Shown here piece after piece: positions 39,685 to 48,996 of a stretch of DNA of 64,000 nt; within the stretch, counting starts at the first letter, position 1; each line of letters begins with the position of its first letter. Source of the stretch: an uncultured Clostridia bacterium (GTDB lineage Bacteria; Bacillota; Clostridia; Christensenellales; CAG-917); contig CALVNH010000006.1 in assembly GCA_944349635.1 (NCBI GenBank), positions 2,195 through 66,194 on the forward strand, read 5' to 3'. The notes beneath the pieces were generated by a model. The model was not told where the DNA came from and did no database searches. It saw only the letters and a program-made list of their open reading frames with translations. The position numbers and the translations under genes were made by a program.

Positions 39685-42600
39685 TCATCTTTCCGCGCGA
39701 ACCACGAAATCGTACGCCTTGCCGCTGTCCAGCAGAGCCGTCTGCTGTTCCGGACCGAAGGCGCAATCCGCGTCGTAAACGAAGAAGCGGAAATCCTCCG
39801 TACCCGCCGCAAGCGGAAGCATCATTCCCTGCAACAGCAAGGGATTGTTGAGACCCGTTTCTCCCTGTGCGAGAACGGACAGATTTATGAGGTATTCCGT
39901 GGGCACATACCCCGTATACTGCGAAAGGTCGAGCACGTGATAGTTCTTGCCGCCGCCGTAAAAAGCTATTCCGCCGTGCACATAGGTTTCTCCGTAGGCT
40001 TCCTTTGCAAGTGCGGCGTAGGAGGAATCCGTCGACATCGCCTTGCGCAGCATGGCGGAAATGTCCATACGCAGATAGGCGTCCGAATCGCTGAGTCCTC
40101 TGCCCGTCTCTATGAGCAGGGAGCTGTCCACGGAGGAAATGGGTTTCCAGTCGTACATCGCCACGTTGCCGACGAGTTTCAGAACGGCGGAATACGACGT
40201 TCCCGCAAGTCCTTTCCAGCCCGCCAGCGGAATGCCGGCGCCGTCCAACATAACACCCGAAAAGGCGCTTTCCATTCCTATGCAGAATGCTCCCGACGAG
40301 GACAGCGCGCTGTCTTTGACGGTGAGATAGGTCAAAACAAAGTTTTCTCTGAACAGGCTGCTGTCGGCGTTGGAATCGTCGCGCGGAACAAACGTCACTC
40401 CTTCGGCTTTCAGAGACGGCGCGATTGCCTCTTTGTCGTATTTGTCGCCTTCCGTCGCAACATAACGTCCGTACACTTTTCTGTTGGTGCCCGCCTTGAC
40501 GAGAAACTCCGCGGAATTGGAAATTATGCAACTTTCCACGGAGACCTCGATTCTCTCCGCCTCGGCGTTCACGTCCGACCCGCGCAGGTCTATGCCGTCG
40601 CGCCCGAACACGCGAAGCACGGTTCTTCCGTTGGAAACTCTGGAATTGAGCACGCGGCAATCGGACATTATTTCCAGCGTCGTACCGGAATAGCGAAGAT
40701 AGCCGAGCGCAAGTTTGCCGTCCTTGACCAGGCTTTCGTCGTCCCTGCCTTTGAGCACCACGTTGTCCAGCACCACTCCGTCCGTCCTGACAAGGAAGAC
40801 GATGTTGTCCTGAGCCATGACCGAAGCGGCGCCGTTCATGGAAACGAAATACAGCGGGCCTTTGAACACGGCTGCGGAATAGGCGTTTTCGGGCGTCACC
40901 GAAGTAACGTTTTCGGCGTTGATTTCGTAGCCGTTGCCGTACACGTCGTTTTTGAACTCCACGCAATAGGCAACTTCAGGGTGGGAATACCCCAGATTGT
41001 CGTAATATCCCCAGTCCGCCGTGGTGGGAAGATATCTGACGTAACTTTTCAGTTTCTCCGCCGCACCGACTTTCAGAGAACCGTCGGAATTGAACTGGTA
41101 TTCGCCTATTTTCACGTTTGAAGAAAGCACGGTAATTCTGCCCGCTTCCGTGGTCGCCATGAGAGAGGCGTAATCGTTTACAAAAACACCGTCTTTGACG
41201 CAATCGACACTTAAAACCGCTTTTACGTTACAATTAAATGCCGATGCGTATTTCCATGTAACGGTAAACGTGACCGTGCCGCTCTCGTGAACGTCCACGA
41301 AAACGTGCTCTCCGTCCGAAAAGACGGAGGCTGTTTCGGGTGCGGACGAAGTCCATACCGCGTCCTCGACAAAGCCGAAAAGACTGCCCTTGGAAGCCGC
41401 GCGGAAGGAGAGTTCGTAAGGCGAGGCGACAAACTCCTTTCCGTTCCACGCCGTATCGCCTATCGCCAGTCTGTCCGCAATGCCCCAAGTACGCGCGTTC
41501 TCCGTGAACGTAAACGAAGTGTAACCTTCAACGGCAAGCACCGTGACTGTGTCCTCGAAAAATTCGCCGCTTCCGGATGTCCCGCATACGCGCAGTCTGC
41601 TCTCGCCCGTCGACGTCGTACGCACGCGACAGGTGCCGCCTTCCGCGGACACTATTTCGGCTGTGCCGGAAATGATTTCGAATCCGACGTCCGCAAACGT
41701 CCCGAACGGACTCTGCGCCGCATAAGTAGCAACGCTCCCCGCACGCTGTATGAAACCGTCGCCGTAGGAATATCTGGACACGGCTTTCAGCAAATCGGCA
41801 ACGAAGCGCACGGTCACATTCGTGCTCTTTCCGCCCGCCGTCAGCGCCAGCGTCACGTCCTTTCCCGCAACGGAAAAATCTTCCGCAAAGTTCACCGTGA
41901 CTTTCCAACGCCCCGCACCGAGGCTCTCCGCGCTCAAGGAAGATACTCCCTCGGGCAGCGCGCTTCCGGTTTCGGGCTCCGTTGCGCTTTCCGCAAAGAG
42001 CACGACGGCGTCCGTCCCCGCTTCCGCCTCCGCGACGACGTTGTCGGCAAAGCCGTTCACAGTAAAATCCGCCGCGGCAGACGCACGAACCTTCACCGTG
42101 GTCACACGTTTGCTTTCCACGGCGGGGTTCATGGTTATTTTCAGAGTGTATTCGCCGGCAAAGAGCACCGCCGCTTCTCCCGTCACGGGATTTACGACGA
42201 AACCTTCCCCTCCGTCCCCCGACTCGAACGTCACGTCTGCAGCAACGTAATCGGGATAACACAATGCGTCGAACACCACTTTGCCCGTCCGGACGTCTGT
42301 CGTGAAGTCGCTCTTGCCGTCCTGAGAGGGAGCGACAACATAGCGTTCGTCCGTCTTTGAGTCTCGTGCGGTCACTTCGACGTCTATCGCCGCAGACGCG
42401 GTCACGACCACGTTTATGCTGTCGCGGAACCCGCCGTCGTCGGAGATTGCCGTGACTTTGACGGAGCCCGCTTTTCTGGGCACGATTATGCCGTCGCCTC
42501 GGATTTCCACCTCTCCTCTTTCGGCTCCGTCCACGTCGGAAAACTCCACCTTGTAGCTCTTCCGCGCGGCGTAATACGGCAGCACTTTGACTTCCAGCGC

Positions 42601-42780
42601 CACGTCGTATGCGTAAGTCGCCATATCGATATACAGCACTCCGTCCTGCGTGGAAGTGGTTATCTCAACGGAGGACACCGGCACGTCGAGCGTTGCGGAA
42701 ACAGTAATCACGACGGACGCAACGGTGAACAGCGCAATCAGCGGAAGCAACATGAAAAGCACGACAATCTTGTTTTTCAT
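39685..42780 (-). CDS. large exported/anchored protein: N-terminal signal-anchor, Ig-like (Big_2-like) repeats, C-terminal right-handed beta-helix-like region
   Basis: ORF 39685-43080, start moved to ATG 42780 (MKNKIVVLFMLLPLIALFTVASVVITVSA; GGAGGTG 5 nt upstream; 1-nt overlap with the upstream stop). Big_2-like blocks include KVEFSDVDGAERGEVEIRGDGIIVPRKAGSVKVTAISDDGGFRDSINVVVTA. The later part has beta-helix-like repeats (VYGNGYEINAENV, VLDNVVLKG, VLNSRVSNGRTVLRVFG). Confidence 0.75.
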   Translation of the reverse strand: MKNKIVVLFMLLPLIALFTVASVVITVSATLDVPVSSVEITTSTQDGVLYIDMATYAYDVALEVKVLPYYAARKSYKVEFSDVDGAERGEVEIRGDGIIVPRKAGSVKVTAISDDGGFRDSINVVVTASAAIDVEVTARDSKTDERYVVAPSQDGKSDFTTDVRTGKVVFDALCYPDYVAADVTFESGDGGEGFVVNPVTGEAAVLFAGEYTLKITMNPAVESKRVTTVKVRASAAADFTVNGFADNVVAEAEAGTDAVVLFAESATEPETGSALPEGVSSLSAESLGAGRWKVTVNFAEDFSVAGKDVTLALTAGGKSTNVTVRFVADLLKAVSRYSYGDGFIQRAGSVATYAAQSPFGTFADVGFEIISGTAEIVSAEGGTCRVRTTSTGESRLRVCGTSGSGEFFEDTVTVLAVEGYTSFTFTENARTWGIADRLAIGDTAWNGKEFVASPYELSFRAASKGSLFGFVEDAVWTSSAPETASVFSDGEHVFVDVHESGTVTFTVTWKYASAFNCNVKAVLSVDCVKDGVFVNDYASLMATTEAGRITVLSSNVKIGEYQFNSDGSLKVGAAEKLKSYVRYLPTTADWGYYDNLGYSHPEVAYCVEFKNDVYGNGYEINAENVTSVTPENAYSAAVFKGPLYFVSMNGAASVMAQDNIVFLVRTDGVVLDNVVLKGRDDESLVKDGKLALGYLRYSGTTLEIMSDCRVLNSRVSNGRTVLRVFGRDGIDLRGSDVNAEAERIEVSVESCIISNSAEFLVKAGTNRKVYGRYVATEGDKYDKEAIAPSLKAEGVTFVPRDDSNADSSLFRENFVLTYLTVKDSALSSSGAFCIGMESAFSGVMLDGAGIPLAGWKGLAGTSYSAVLKLVGNVAMYDWKPISSVDSSLLIETGRGLSDSDAYLRMDISAMLRKAMSTDSSYAALAKEAYGETYVHGGIAFYGGGKNYHVLDLSQYTGYVPTEYLINLSVLAQGETGLNNPLLLQGMMLPLAAGTEDFRFFVYDADCAFGPEQQTALLDSGKAYDFVVRAER

Positions 42781-44447
42781 CACAGCACCTCCGCCGCGGA
42801 AGCCGCTTTCTTTTTGGCTCTGAGGAAAAGCACCAGCAAAGACGCCGCGAGATAAAAAGCCCCGAGTGCCGCCTGCGACGCACAGAATACGGCGTCGGCA
42901 ATCTTTTCGCCTTTTGAAATGGTAAGAAGCACTCCGCAGCTCAGGGCAATGACTCCCGTAATCACGGAAACCGCCGCCGCCGTAAAAACGGAGACGGCAA
43001 GCACGGGCTTGTTTTCGCACGCTTCCGTTCCCCTGCGGTTTTTCACGGGACGGAGAACGTCGAGTGCCGTGGACAGACAAATCTGTGCCGCCGAGAAAAT
43101 CAATCCCGCGAACAACACGAAAAAGCTCTGTCCCGCACTAAGCCCGCACACGCCGGCGAGAACGCCCGTCCCCGCAATGACGGAGAGCGCGGAAATTCCG
43201 AAACAGAACACAATCTTCACCGCCACCAGCCTTTCGTAAGTCACGGGCATCGTGCGCAGAGTCTGCGCGAAATCGCCGTCACGGCTGACGTTGGAGGAAG
43301 AAAAGGTGTTGGCAAGCGAAGCGAACGTGCAGACGAAAAACACGGCGGTTTCGAAACCGCAATCCACGAAGACCATGAGTTTCAGCGCTTTTGTCAGCAC
43401 GTCCGTGCAAAACCATACGGCAAACGGCAAAAGCACCGCCGCCGACAAAAATCTCACGGCGTAGGCGGGGGTTCTGAACACGGTGACCCATTCCTTGAAG
43501 AACAGCGCGACCGTGGGACTCTTGAAAGGATAGAGGGTTTTTCTGCGGGTACGCACGCTTCTTGCCGACACAAGTCCCGTGCGTGCCGCCGGTGTCATAA
43601 GGGCGCGGGCGCAAAGCAACCCTGCCGCCGTCAGCCCCGCCGAAAACAGCAAAGCCAATCCGACGGCTTTGCCGGCGTCGTCACCGACCAGCATATCCGC
43701 AAACAGACACGACGGAAACAGTTTGTCCGTTACGCGCGAGATTTCGCGCACGGTTTCGGCATTGAAAAAGAATTTTATTTCGCCCGTTGCCAGAAGTTCC
43801 GCAAGCCCTTTCAGCAGAACCCAGTACACTCCGAACAGCCCGAGCAGCAACAGCGTCGCGCACAGGAAAAACGCAAGAGGTTTCGAGTGCAGGAATCTCA
43901 ACACGAAATACACGGGGAAAGCGAGCAGGCAACCGCCGCCCAAAGATATGAGAGGAAGAAGAAAAACGAGAACGACGGTCGCGCCCCAATAAACGGCGCC
44001 CTCGGCAAACTGCGACGCCACGGTGATATTCACCGGTACGATAATCAGAAGAAAATACAGCAGAAGTTTCAGATACAGTCCGAAAGCCTTTGAAAGCAGC
44101 ACGACGTCCTTTCGCACGGGCATTGTCAGCAACATTTCGGCTTCGTCGGAGCCGAAAAACGCGCGCGTCACTTCCCTTGCGCCCGTGAAAACCCCGCCCA
44201 CGAAAACCAGGGCGTAAACAAACGACAGCAACTCCGACGCGCGGGCAACGGTATCCGCGGTGCCGTTGATTTCCAGGTTGATATACAGTTCCGCAAGACT
44301 GTTTACGACAAGGCAGGACATAACCACGGAAACCGCCGTCAGCAACAGCGACGACGCAGTGGCGAAAACCTCAGACCCGCTGATACGTCCCGTGCGGAAA
44401 CTCTCGCGAATATCCTTGTACACCAAGGCGGAAAAAACACTCTTCAT
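42780..44447 (-). CDS. large polytopic ABC exporter-type permease (putative ABC-exporter family)
   Basis: ORF 42780-44615, start moved to ATG 44447 (GGAGG 6 nt upstream; ATGA overlap with the ATPase stop). 555 aa with about 12 hydrophobic segments. Confidence 0.7.
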   Translation of the reverse strand: MKSVFSALVYKDIRESFRTGRISGSEVFATASSLLLTAVSVVMSCLVVNSLAELYINLEINGTADTVARASELLSFVYALVFVGGVFTGAREVTRAFFGSDEAEMLLTMPVRKDVVLLSKAFGLYLKLLLYFLLIIVPVNITVASQFAEGAVYWGATVVLVFLLPLISLGGGCLLAFPVYFVLRFLHSKPLAFFLCATLLLLGLFGVYWVLLKGLAELLATGEIKFFFNAETVREISRVTDKLFPSCLFADMLVGDDAGKAVGLALLFSAGLTAAGLLCARALMTPAARTGLVSARSVRTRRKTLYPFKSPTVALFFKEWVTVFRTPAYAVRFLSAAVLLPFAVWFCTDVLTKALKLMVFVDCGFETAVFFVCTFASLANTFSSSNVSRDGDFAQTLRTMPVTYERLVAVKIVFCFGISALSVIAGTGVLAGVCGLSAGQSFFVLFAGLIFSAAQICLSTALDVLRPVKNRRGTEACENKPVLAVSVFTAAAVSVITGVIALSCGVLLTISKGEKIADAVFCASQAALGAFYLAASLLVLFLRAKKKAASAAEVL

Positions 44448-45226
44448 TGTCTGCCTCCGCCCGACGTTATCGATTCGACGTATCTTCCGAACGCCTCGCG
44501 TCCTTCTTCCGTGCGCAAATCCATCTGTGCCGCGCAAGTTCCGTCGTGCAGAACGACAGCCCTGTCGCACACGCGCTCCACGGCGTCGGTGTTGTGCGTG
44601 GAAAACAACACACAACCTCCGCCGCTTGCGAAATCACGCATCAAATTCTCGGTGATGCGCAGAGAGGACGGGTCCAACCCGACGGTGGGTTCGTCCAGAA
44701 TCCAGACTTCGGGAGAATGAATCAGACTGCCCACCATGCAAAGTTTCTGTCTGGTGCCGTGAGAATAGGAACAAATCTGGTCGTTGACAACGCCGCCCAG
44801 CCCGAAAACGGGCACAAGCCTGTCGAAAGCCGCGGAGCGCGCTTCGTCGCTCACTCCGTACATATCCGCCATAAAGGACAAAAATTCCGTTCCCGTCATG
44901 ACTTCGGGAAGATAGTGACTGTCGCCTACGAAACCTACCGCGTGTTTTGCCCGCACGGCGTCGGACAGAATGTCGTGCCCTGCCACGGCCACTTCCCCTT
45001 CGTCGAAAGAAAGCACGCCGCACAGACATTTCAACGTCGTGGACTTGCCTGCTCCGTTGGAGCCCAACACCCCCACGACTTCGCCTTTGCGGCAGGAAAA
45101 AGTCACGTCTTGAACGGCGTAACTTTTCGAAGCGGCATACCTTTTGGAAAGATTTCTCACTTCTATCGCAAGCGGGGCGCCGACGGCAACCTTGGATTCG
45201 GGATTAGCTTTCGGGTTGATTCTCAT
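44444..45226 (-). CDS. ABC transporter ATP-binding protein
   Basis: ORF 44444-45232. The second ATG (45226) has better SD spacing (GGAGAatgaatATG). Walker A is GSNGAGKSTT, the signature-like motif is YSHGTRQKL and Walker B is VWILDEP. Confidence 0.88.
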   Translation of the reverse strand: MRINPKANPESKVAVGAPLAIEVRNLSKRYAASKSYAVQDVTFSCRKGEVVGVLGSNGAGKSTTLKCLCGVLSFDEGEVAVAGHDILSDAVRAKHAVGFVGDSHYLPEVMTGTEFLSFMADMYGVSDEARSAAFDRLVPVFGLGGVVNDQICSYSHGTRQKLCMVGSLIHSPEVWILDEPTVGLDPSSLRITENLMRDFASGGGCVLFSTHNTDAVERVCDRAVVLHDGTCAAQMDLRTEEGREAFGRYVESITSGGGRQ

Positions 45227-45378
45227 ATTCATTCTCCAAACACGACCGTTTTAGCATTATATGCCGCCAAACCCTTTTTGCCTCTCCCGCACGGTCGAAT
45301 AGCGTGAACTGTAAATAAAGTTTGTTAATTATACACCTACGCGGCAAGGAAAGCAACTCTTTGCAACAACGCTACGAT

Positions 45379-45407
45379 TTGACACATACTCTTTCATATA
45401 ATATAAT
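45379..45407 (+). promoter_or_regulatory. sigma-70-type promoter of the CNNM/CBS gene
   Basis: TTGACA-17 nt-TATAAT, consensus hexamers. Confidence 0.6.
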
Positions 45408-45454
45408 TGACACGAAACCGAATTTTGACACGGTAAATTTCATTCGGAGGATAT

Positions 45455-46465
45455 ATGAACAACGGAAAAGCAATCGGACTTATAGTCGCCCTTGCCGTAC
45501 TTCTGCTCTTTTCAGCCTATTTTTCGGCAACCGAAACGGCGTTTACAAGCTACAACGCCGTGAGAATGAAAAAGCTTTCCCAAACCAAAAAAGCCGCAAG
45601 ACTTGTGCTCAAAATGAGCGAAAACTACAACAACGTGCTCTCCACGCTGTTGGTGGGCAACAATATAGTCAACATCGTTGCCACCTCGCTTGCGACCATT
45701 CTGTTCACGTTCTGGTTTCAGGACACGGGCGTCACGATATCAACGGTGGTCATGACAGTATTGGTGCTGGTGTTCGGAGAAATCTCTCCCAAAAGCCTTG
45801 CAAAAGAGGCTCCCGAAACATTCGCCATGTTCGCGGTTTATCCGCTCTATGTCATTTCCATCGTGCTTGCCCCTCTCAACTTTCTGTTCAACCTTTGGAA
45901 AAAACTGCTGAACAAAATTTTCATGCTGGGCAAAAAACGTCCCGCCCTCACGGAAGAAGAGTTCCGCATCATGGTGACGGAAATCAAGGACGAAGGCGTG
46001 TTGAACGACATCGAACACGACATCATTCAGAACACCATACGCTACGACGACCAGATTGTCGGCAACGTCATGGTCAATGCGGAAAACGTCACGATAATCC
46101 GCGACAGGACGGACTCCGCGGCAATCAAGAAACTGTTTGAGGAAAAGAACTTTTCGCGCATTCCCGTGTTTGACGCAAGCGGAAACAAAATCGACGGAAT
46201 TCTTTACCGCGCGGATTTTTACGAAATGCTGCTCAACGGCAGAAACGACGTTACGCCCCTTCTCAAACAACCCCTGCAAACCGTAAAGACGGAGAAAATC
46301 TCCGCCCTTTTCAAAACCATGCAGAAAAACAGAATCCACATGGCAATCGTCACGGAAAACGACGCTTTCGCGGGAATAGTCACCATGGAAGACGTGCTGG
46401 AAGAGCTCATGGGCGAAATCGCCGACAAATACGACCCGAAGAGCGAACCCCAGCCCGCCGTTTGA
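45455..46465 (+). CDS. CNNM (DUF21) transmembrane plus CBS-pair protein (hemolysin/CorC-related, no CorC_HlyC domain)
   Basis: 336 aa. The N-terminal DUF21 signature is LLFSAYFSATETAFTS. The CBS-pair region is NVMVNAENVTIIRD ... IHMAIVTENDAFAGIVTMEDVLEEL. GGAGG RBS. Confidence 0.85.
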   Translation: MNNGKAIGLIVALAVLLLFSAYFSATETAFTSYNAVRMKKLSQTKKAARLVLKMSENYNNVLSTLLVGNNIVNIVATSLATILFTFWFQDTGVTISTVVMTVLVLVFGEISPKSLAKEAPETFAMFAVYPLYVISIVLAPLNFLFNLWKKLLNKIFMLGKKRPALTEEEFRIMVTEIKDEGVLNDIEHDIIQNTIRYDDQIVGNVMVNAENVTIIRDRTDSAAIKKLFEEKNFSRIPVFDASGNKIDGILYRADFYEMLLNGRNDVTPLLKQPLQTVKTEKISALFKTMQKNRIHMAIVTENDAFAGIVTMEDVLEELMGEIADKYDPKSEPQPAV

Positions 46466-46495
46466 TTTGCAAAGCCGCGGAAAAAACCGAATCGC

Positions 46496-46530
46496 AAAGG
46501 GGCGCGAACAAATCACGCCCCTTTTGTTTT
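46496..46530 (+). terminator. intrinsic terminator
   Basis: GGGGCG-11 nt loop-CGCCCC followed by TTTTGTTTT. Confidence 0.75.
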
Positions 46531-46783
46531 GCGGCATCTAATCGCGCGGATTTGCCGATATACCTGTTCCCCTCATTTCGGTGCGTGCCCGGTTGGAGGT
46601 TGCACGCACCCTACTTCTTGCCGTTGCAAAACGCTTTCGTGCAAAGGCGTCATGGGAATGTTTTGCGCCCTGCTTTGTGTAATTCAGCAATTTTCAAGGC
46701 GCGTTCCTCTTTGACGAATGCCGTCGCATTCGCGTTGCTTGCGGAAATTTCGTTTTCAATGTTATATTTGTGTTTCGCGATTC

Positions 46784-46812
46784 TTGATTTTGTTAATCAT
46801 CCATTATATAAT
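46784..46812 (+). promoter_or_regulatory. sigma-70-type promoter of the FHA-ABC operon
   Basis: TTGATT-17 nt-TATAAT, 66 nt upstream of ATG 46879. Confidence 0.55.
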
Positions 46813-46878
46813 TATTTACTGCCCTGTCGGTAAATTTCCATATCCGAATCGGCGGCGGCACACAAAGGGGAGCTTGCG

Positions 46879-48996
46879 ATGAACAACGTCATTCTGAAAG
46901 TCACCGACGGCGATTTGTTCAATTTCTTCGACAGCGAGTCGAGGAAAAGCTTTATCATAGGCTCCAAACGCACCTGCGACCTGGTCGTCAAATCTACTTT
47001 CGTCGCCGCAGAGCAACTCCGTTGCATCTGCAAGGACGGCGTGTGGTACGTTGAAGACATAACCCCCGAAGGCTCAAAATCCGAAGTTCTCATCGGCGGC
47101 AAACGGTTCAGACGCCCCGTCGTCAGACTGGATAACGATATCGTCATAAGAAAGACGGGCGACAAGCGTTCCAAAGAAGGCATTCGCATCTCCGTCGTCA
47201 AAAAGATTTCCAGACGTCGCAGCGGCGGAAAAATCGATTTGACGCAGAAAACCATCACGGTCGTGGGGCGCAACCCATCCTGCGACATCGTTCAGGAAAG
47301 CCCCCTGGTGTCCGAAAAGCATTTCCGCATAATCTATGACGGCAAAGACTTTTTCATCGAGGATTTGCGCAGCATCAACGGCACATACGTCAACAACCGC
47401 AAGATACACCGCGCACAGCTCAAAGACTACGACAGAATCTCCATTCCGTCGGCGGCGTACATCTTTTTCGACAAAAAACTGCTCTTTTCGACTTCCGCCG
47501 CGGGCATTCAGATTGACGTCGCGGGCGTATCCAAGGAAGTGCCCGACCGCTATTCCGAAAAGGGAAAAGCCGTGCTTGTCAAAAACGTCACTTTCCGTAT
47601 CAAGGCGGGCGACTTCGTCGCAATCGTCGGCGGAAGCGGCACGGGTAAATCCACAATGCTGGACTGCATAAACGGCATTCGTCCCGCAACGGGGGGCAGC
47701 ATCTATTACGACACCAACAACTACTACGAGAACATACGCTCCTACAAGGAAGTCATAGGCTACGTTCCGCAAAAGGACATCATGCACGACGACCTCACCG
47801 TGGAAGAAGGACTGTTCTACACCGCCATGCTCAGAATGAGGTCCAGCATGTTCCGCGACGAAGTCAAACAAAGAGTGACGCAGGCAATCGCCGACGTCAG
47901 ACTCACGGGGCGGGAAAAGGTGAAAATCTCCTCTCTTTCGGGCGGACAGCGCAAGCGCGTTTCCATCGCCATGGAACTGCTCTCCGACCCGAAGGTCATA
48001 TTCCTGGACGAACCGACCAGCGGACTCTCCCCCGACCTCGACCTCGAAATGATGGAGCTTCTGCGCGAACTCGCCGGAAAAGGACGCACCATAGTCGTAA
48101 TCACGCATTCCATGGAGAACCTGGACAAGTGCGACAAAATTGCTTTTCTCGGAAAGGGCGGCAGACTGTGTTTTTACGGCAGACACGACGAAGTGTTCCG
48201 CTACTTCAACCGCAAGAGCTATTCGCGCATATTCGCGGCTCTGAACGAAGAAAAAACCTGCGAATATTTCGAGAAGAAATACCGCTCCACGGAATATTAC
48301 AAAAAGCTGTATGCGGAATTTACGGAAACGTACGGCGACAAGGACGGCGACATTCTGCCGCCCGTCACGCGCTCGGGGCAGGAAGCGGCTCCCGCGCAAA
48401 GCGCTCCTTCCGCAAACGAAGAGTCGGACGGCAACTCTCCCGCAACACGGCGGGGCGCGCGCAAAAAGGTGCGCAAGCCCTCCGAAACCGCGGCGGAGAA
48501 CGTCGCCGCAGAGGACGAATCCGCGGCTGCGAGAGGGTCTTCTCCCGACGATAATAACGATGAGGCAACGCACGCGCCCATTCAAGACGAAGCCGAAACG
48601 ACGGCTGAATCGCCGACTGCTCCGTTTGCCGAACGCACCTCTTCCGAAAACGTCACTCCAGAAGTCGAAGCCGCCAACCGTGCGGCGCAGGCGCACTACT
48701 CCGACGACGGAGTTTTCGACGTGATTCCCGAGTCCGACGACGCGGACGAATTCTATTTCGTGCCCGACGGCGACAGTGACGAAGCCGCGACCGATTCCGC
48801 GACCTCAGACACAGCAAGACAAACGGAAGAAGCACCCGGTGCCGAACAAGAACCGCAGGAAGAAAACGCCGCACGTTCCGCGCGCGCAACCGGCACACGC
48901 AAACGCGCAAACGAGTCCGTCCGCGCGAAAAAGAACGGAGCCGAAAGCTCCGAAAAGCCCAAATCCCGCAAAAGCGGCAAAGGAGAAACGAAATGA
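46879..48996 (+). CDS. FHA-domain-containing ABC transporter ATP-binding protein with a long disordered C-terminal tail
   Basis: 705 aa. It has a degenerate FHA-like N-terminal module, then a canonical FHA (VVGRNPSCDIVQESPLVSEKHFRIIYDGKDFFIEDLRSINGTYVNN). The ABC NBD has Walker A GGSGTGKST, signature LSGGQRKRVSIAMEL and Walker B IFLDEPTSGL. A tail of about 260 aa follows, rich in E/D/A/S/T with a basic end. Confidence 0.85.
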   Translation: MNNVILKVTDGDLFNFFDSESRKSFIIGSKRTCDLVVKSTFVAAEQLRCICKDGVWYVEDITPEGSKSEVLIGGKRFRRPVVRLDNDIVIRKTGDKRSKEGIRISVVKKISRRRSGGKIDLTQKTITVVGRNPSCDIVQESPLVSEKHFRIIYDGKDFFIEDLRSINGTYVNNRKIHRAQLKDYDRISIPSAAYIFFDKKLLFSTSAAGIQIDVAGVSKEVPDRYSEKGKAVLVKNVTFRIKAGDFVAIVGGSGTGKSTMLDCINGIRPATGGSIYYDTNNYYENIRSYKEVIGYVPQKDIMHDDLTVEEGLFYTAMLRMRSSMFRDEVKQRVTQAIADVRLTGREKVKISSLSGGQRKRVSIAMELLSDPKVIFLDEPTSGLSPDLDLEMMELLRELAGKGRTIVVITHSMENLDKCDKIAFLGKGGRLCFYGRHDEVFRYFNRKSYSRIFAALNEEKTCEYFEKKYRSTEYYKKLYAEFTETYGDKDGDILPPVTRSGQEAAPAQSAPSANEESDGNSPATRRGARKKVRKPSETAAENVAAEDESAAARGSSPDDNNDEATHAPIQDEAETTAESPTAPFAERTSSENVTPEVEAANRAAQAHYSDDGVFDVIPESDDADEFYFVPDGDSDEAATDSATSDTARQTEEAPGAEQEPQEENAARSARATGTRKRANESVRAKKNGAESSEKPKSRKSGKGETK

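Noticed and set aside
39571-42360. + strand ORFs 39571-41121 (516 aa) and 41287-42360 (357 aa), and the minus out-of-frame ORF 39596-40966.
   Set aside because: They are antisense to, or frame-shifted relative to, the large surface-protein gene. They have Arg/Gly-rich nonsense composition and no RBS.
47074-48696. 540-aa ORF antisense to the FHA-ABC ATPase gene.
   Set aside because: It is a shadow ORF with no motifs. The sense strand carries complete Walker A, signature and Walker B motifs and an FHA domain.
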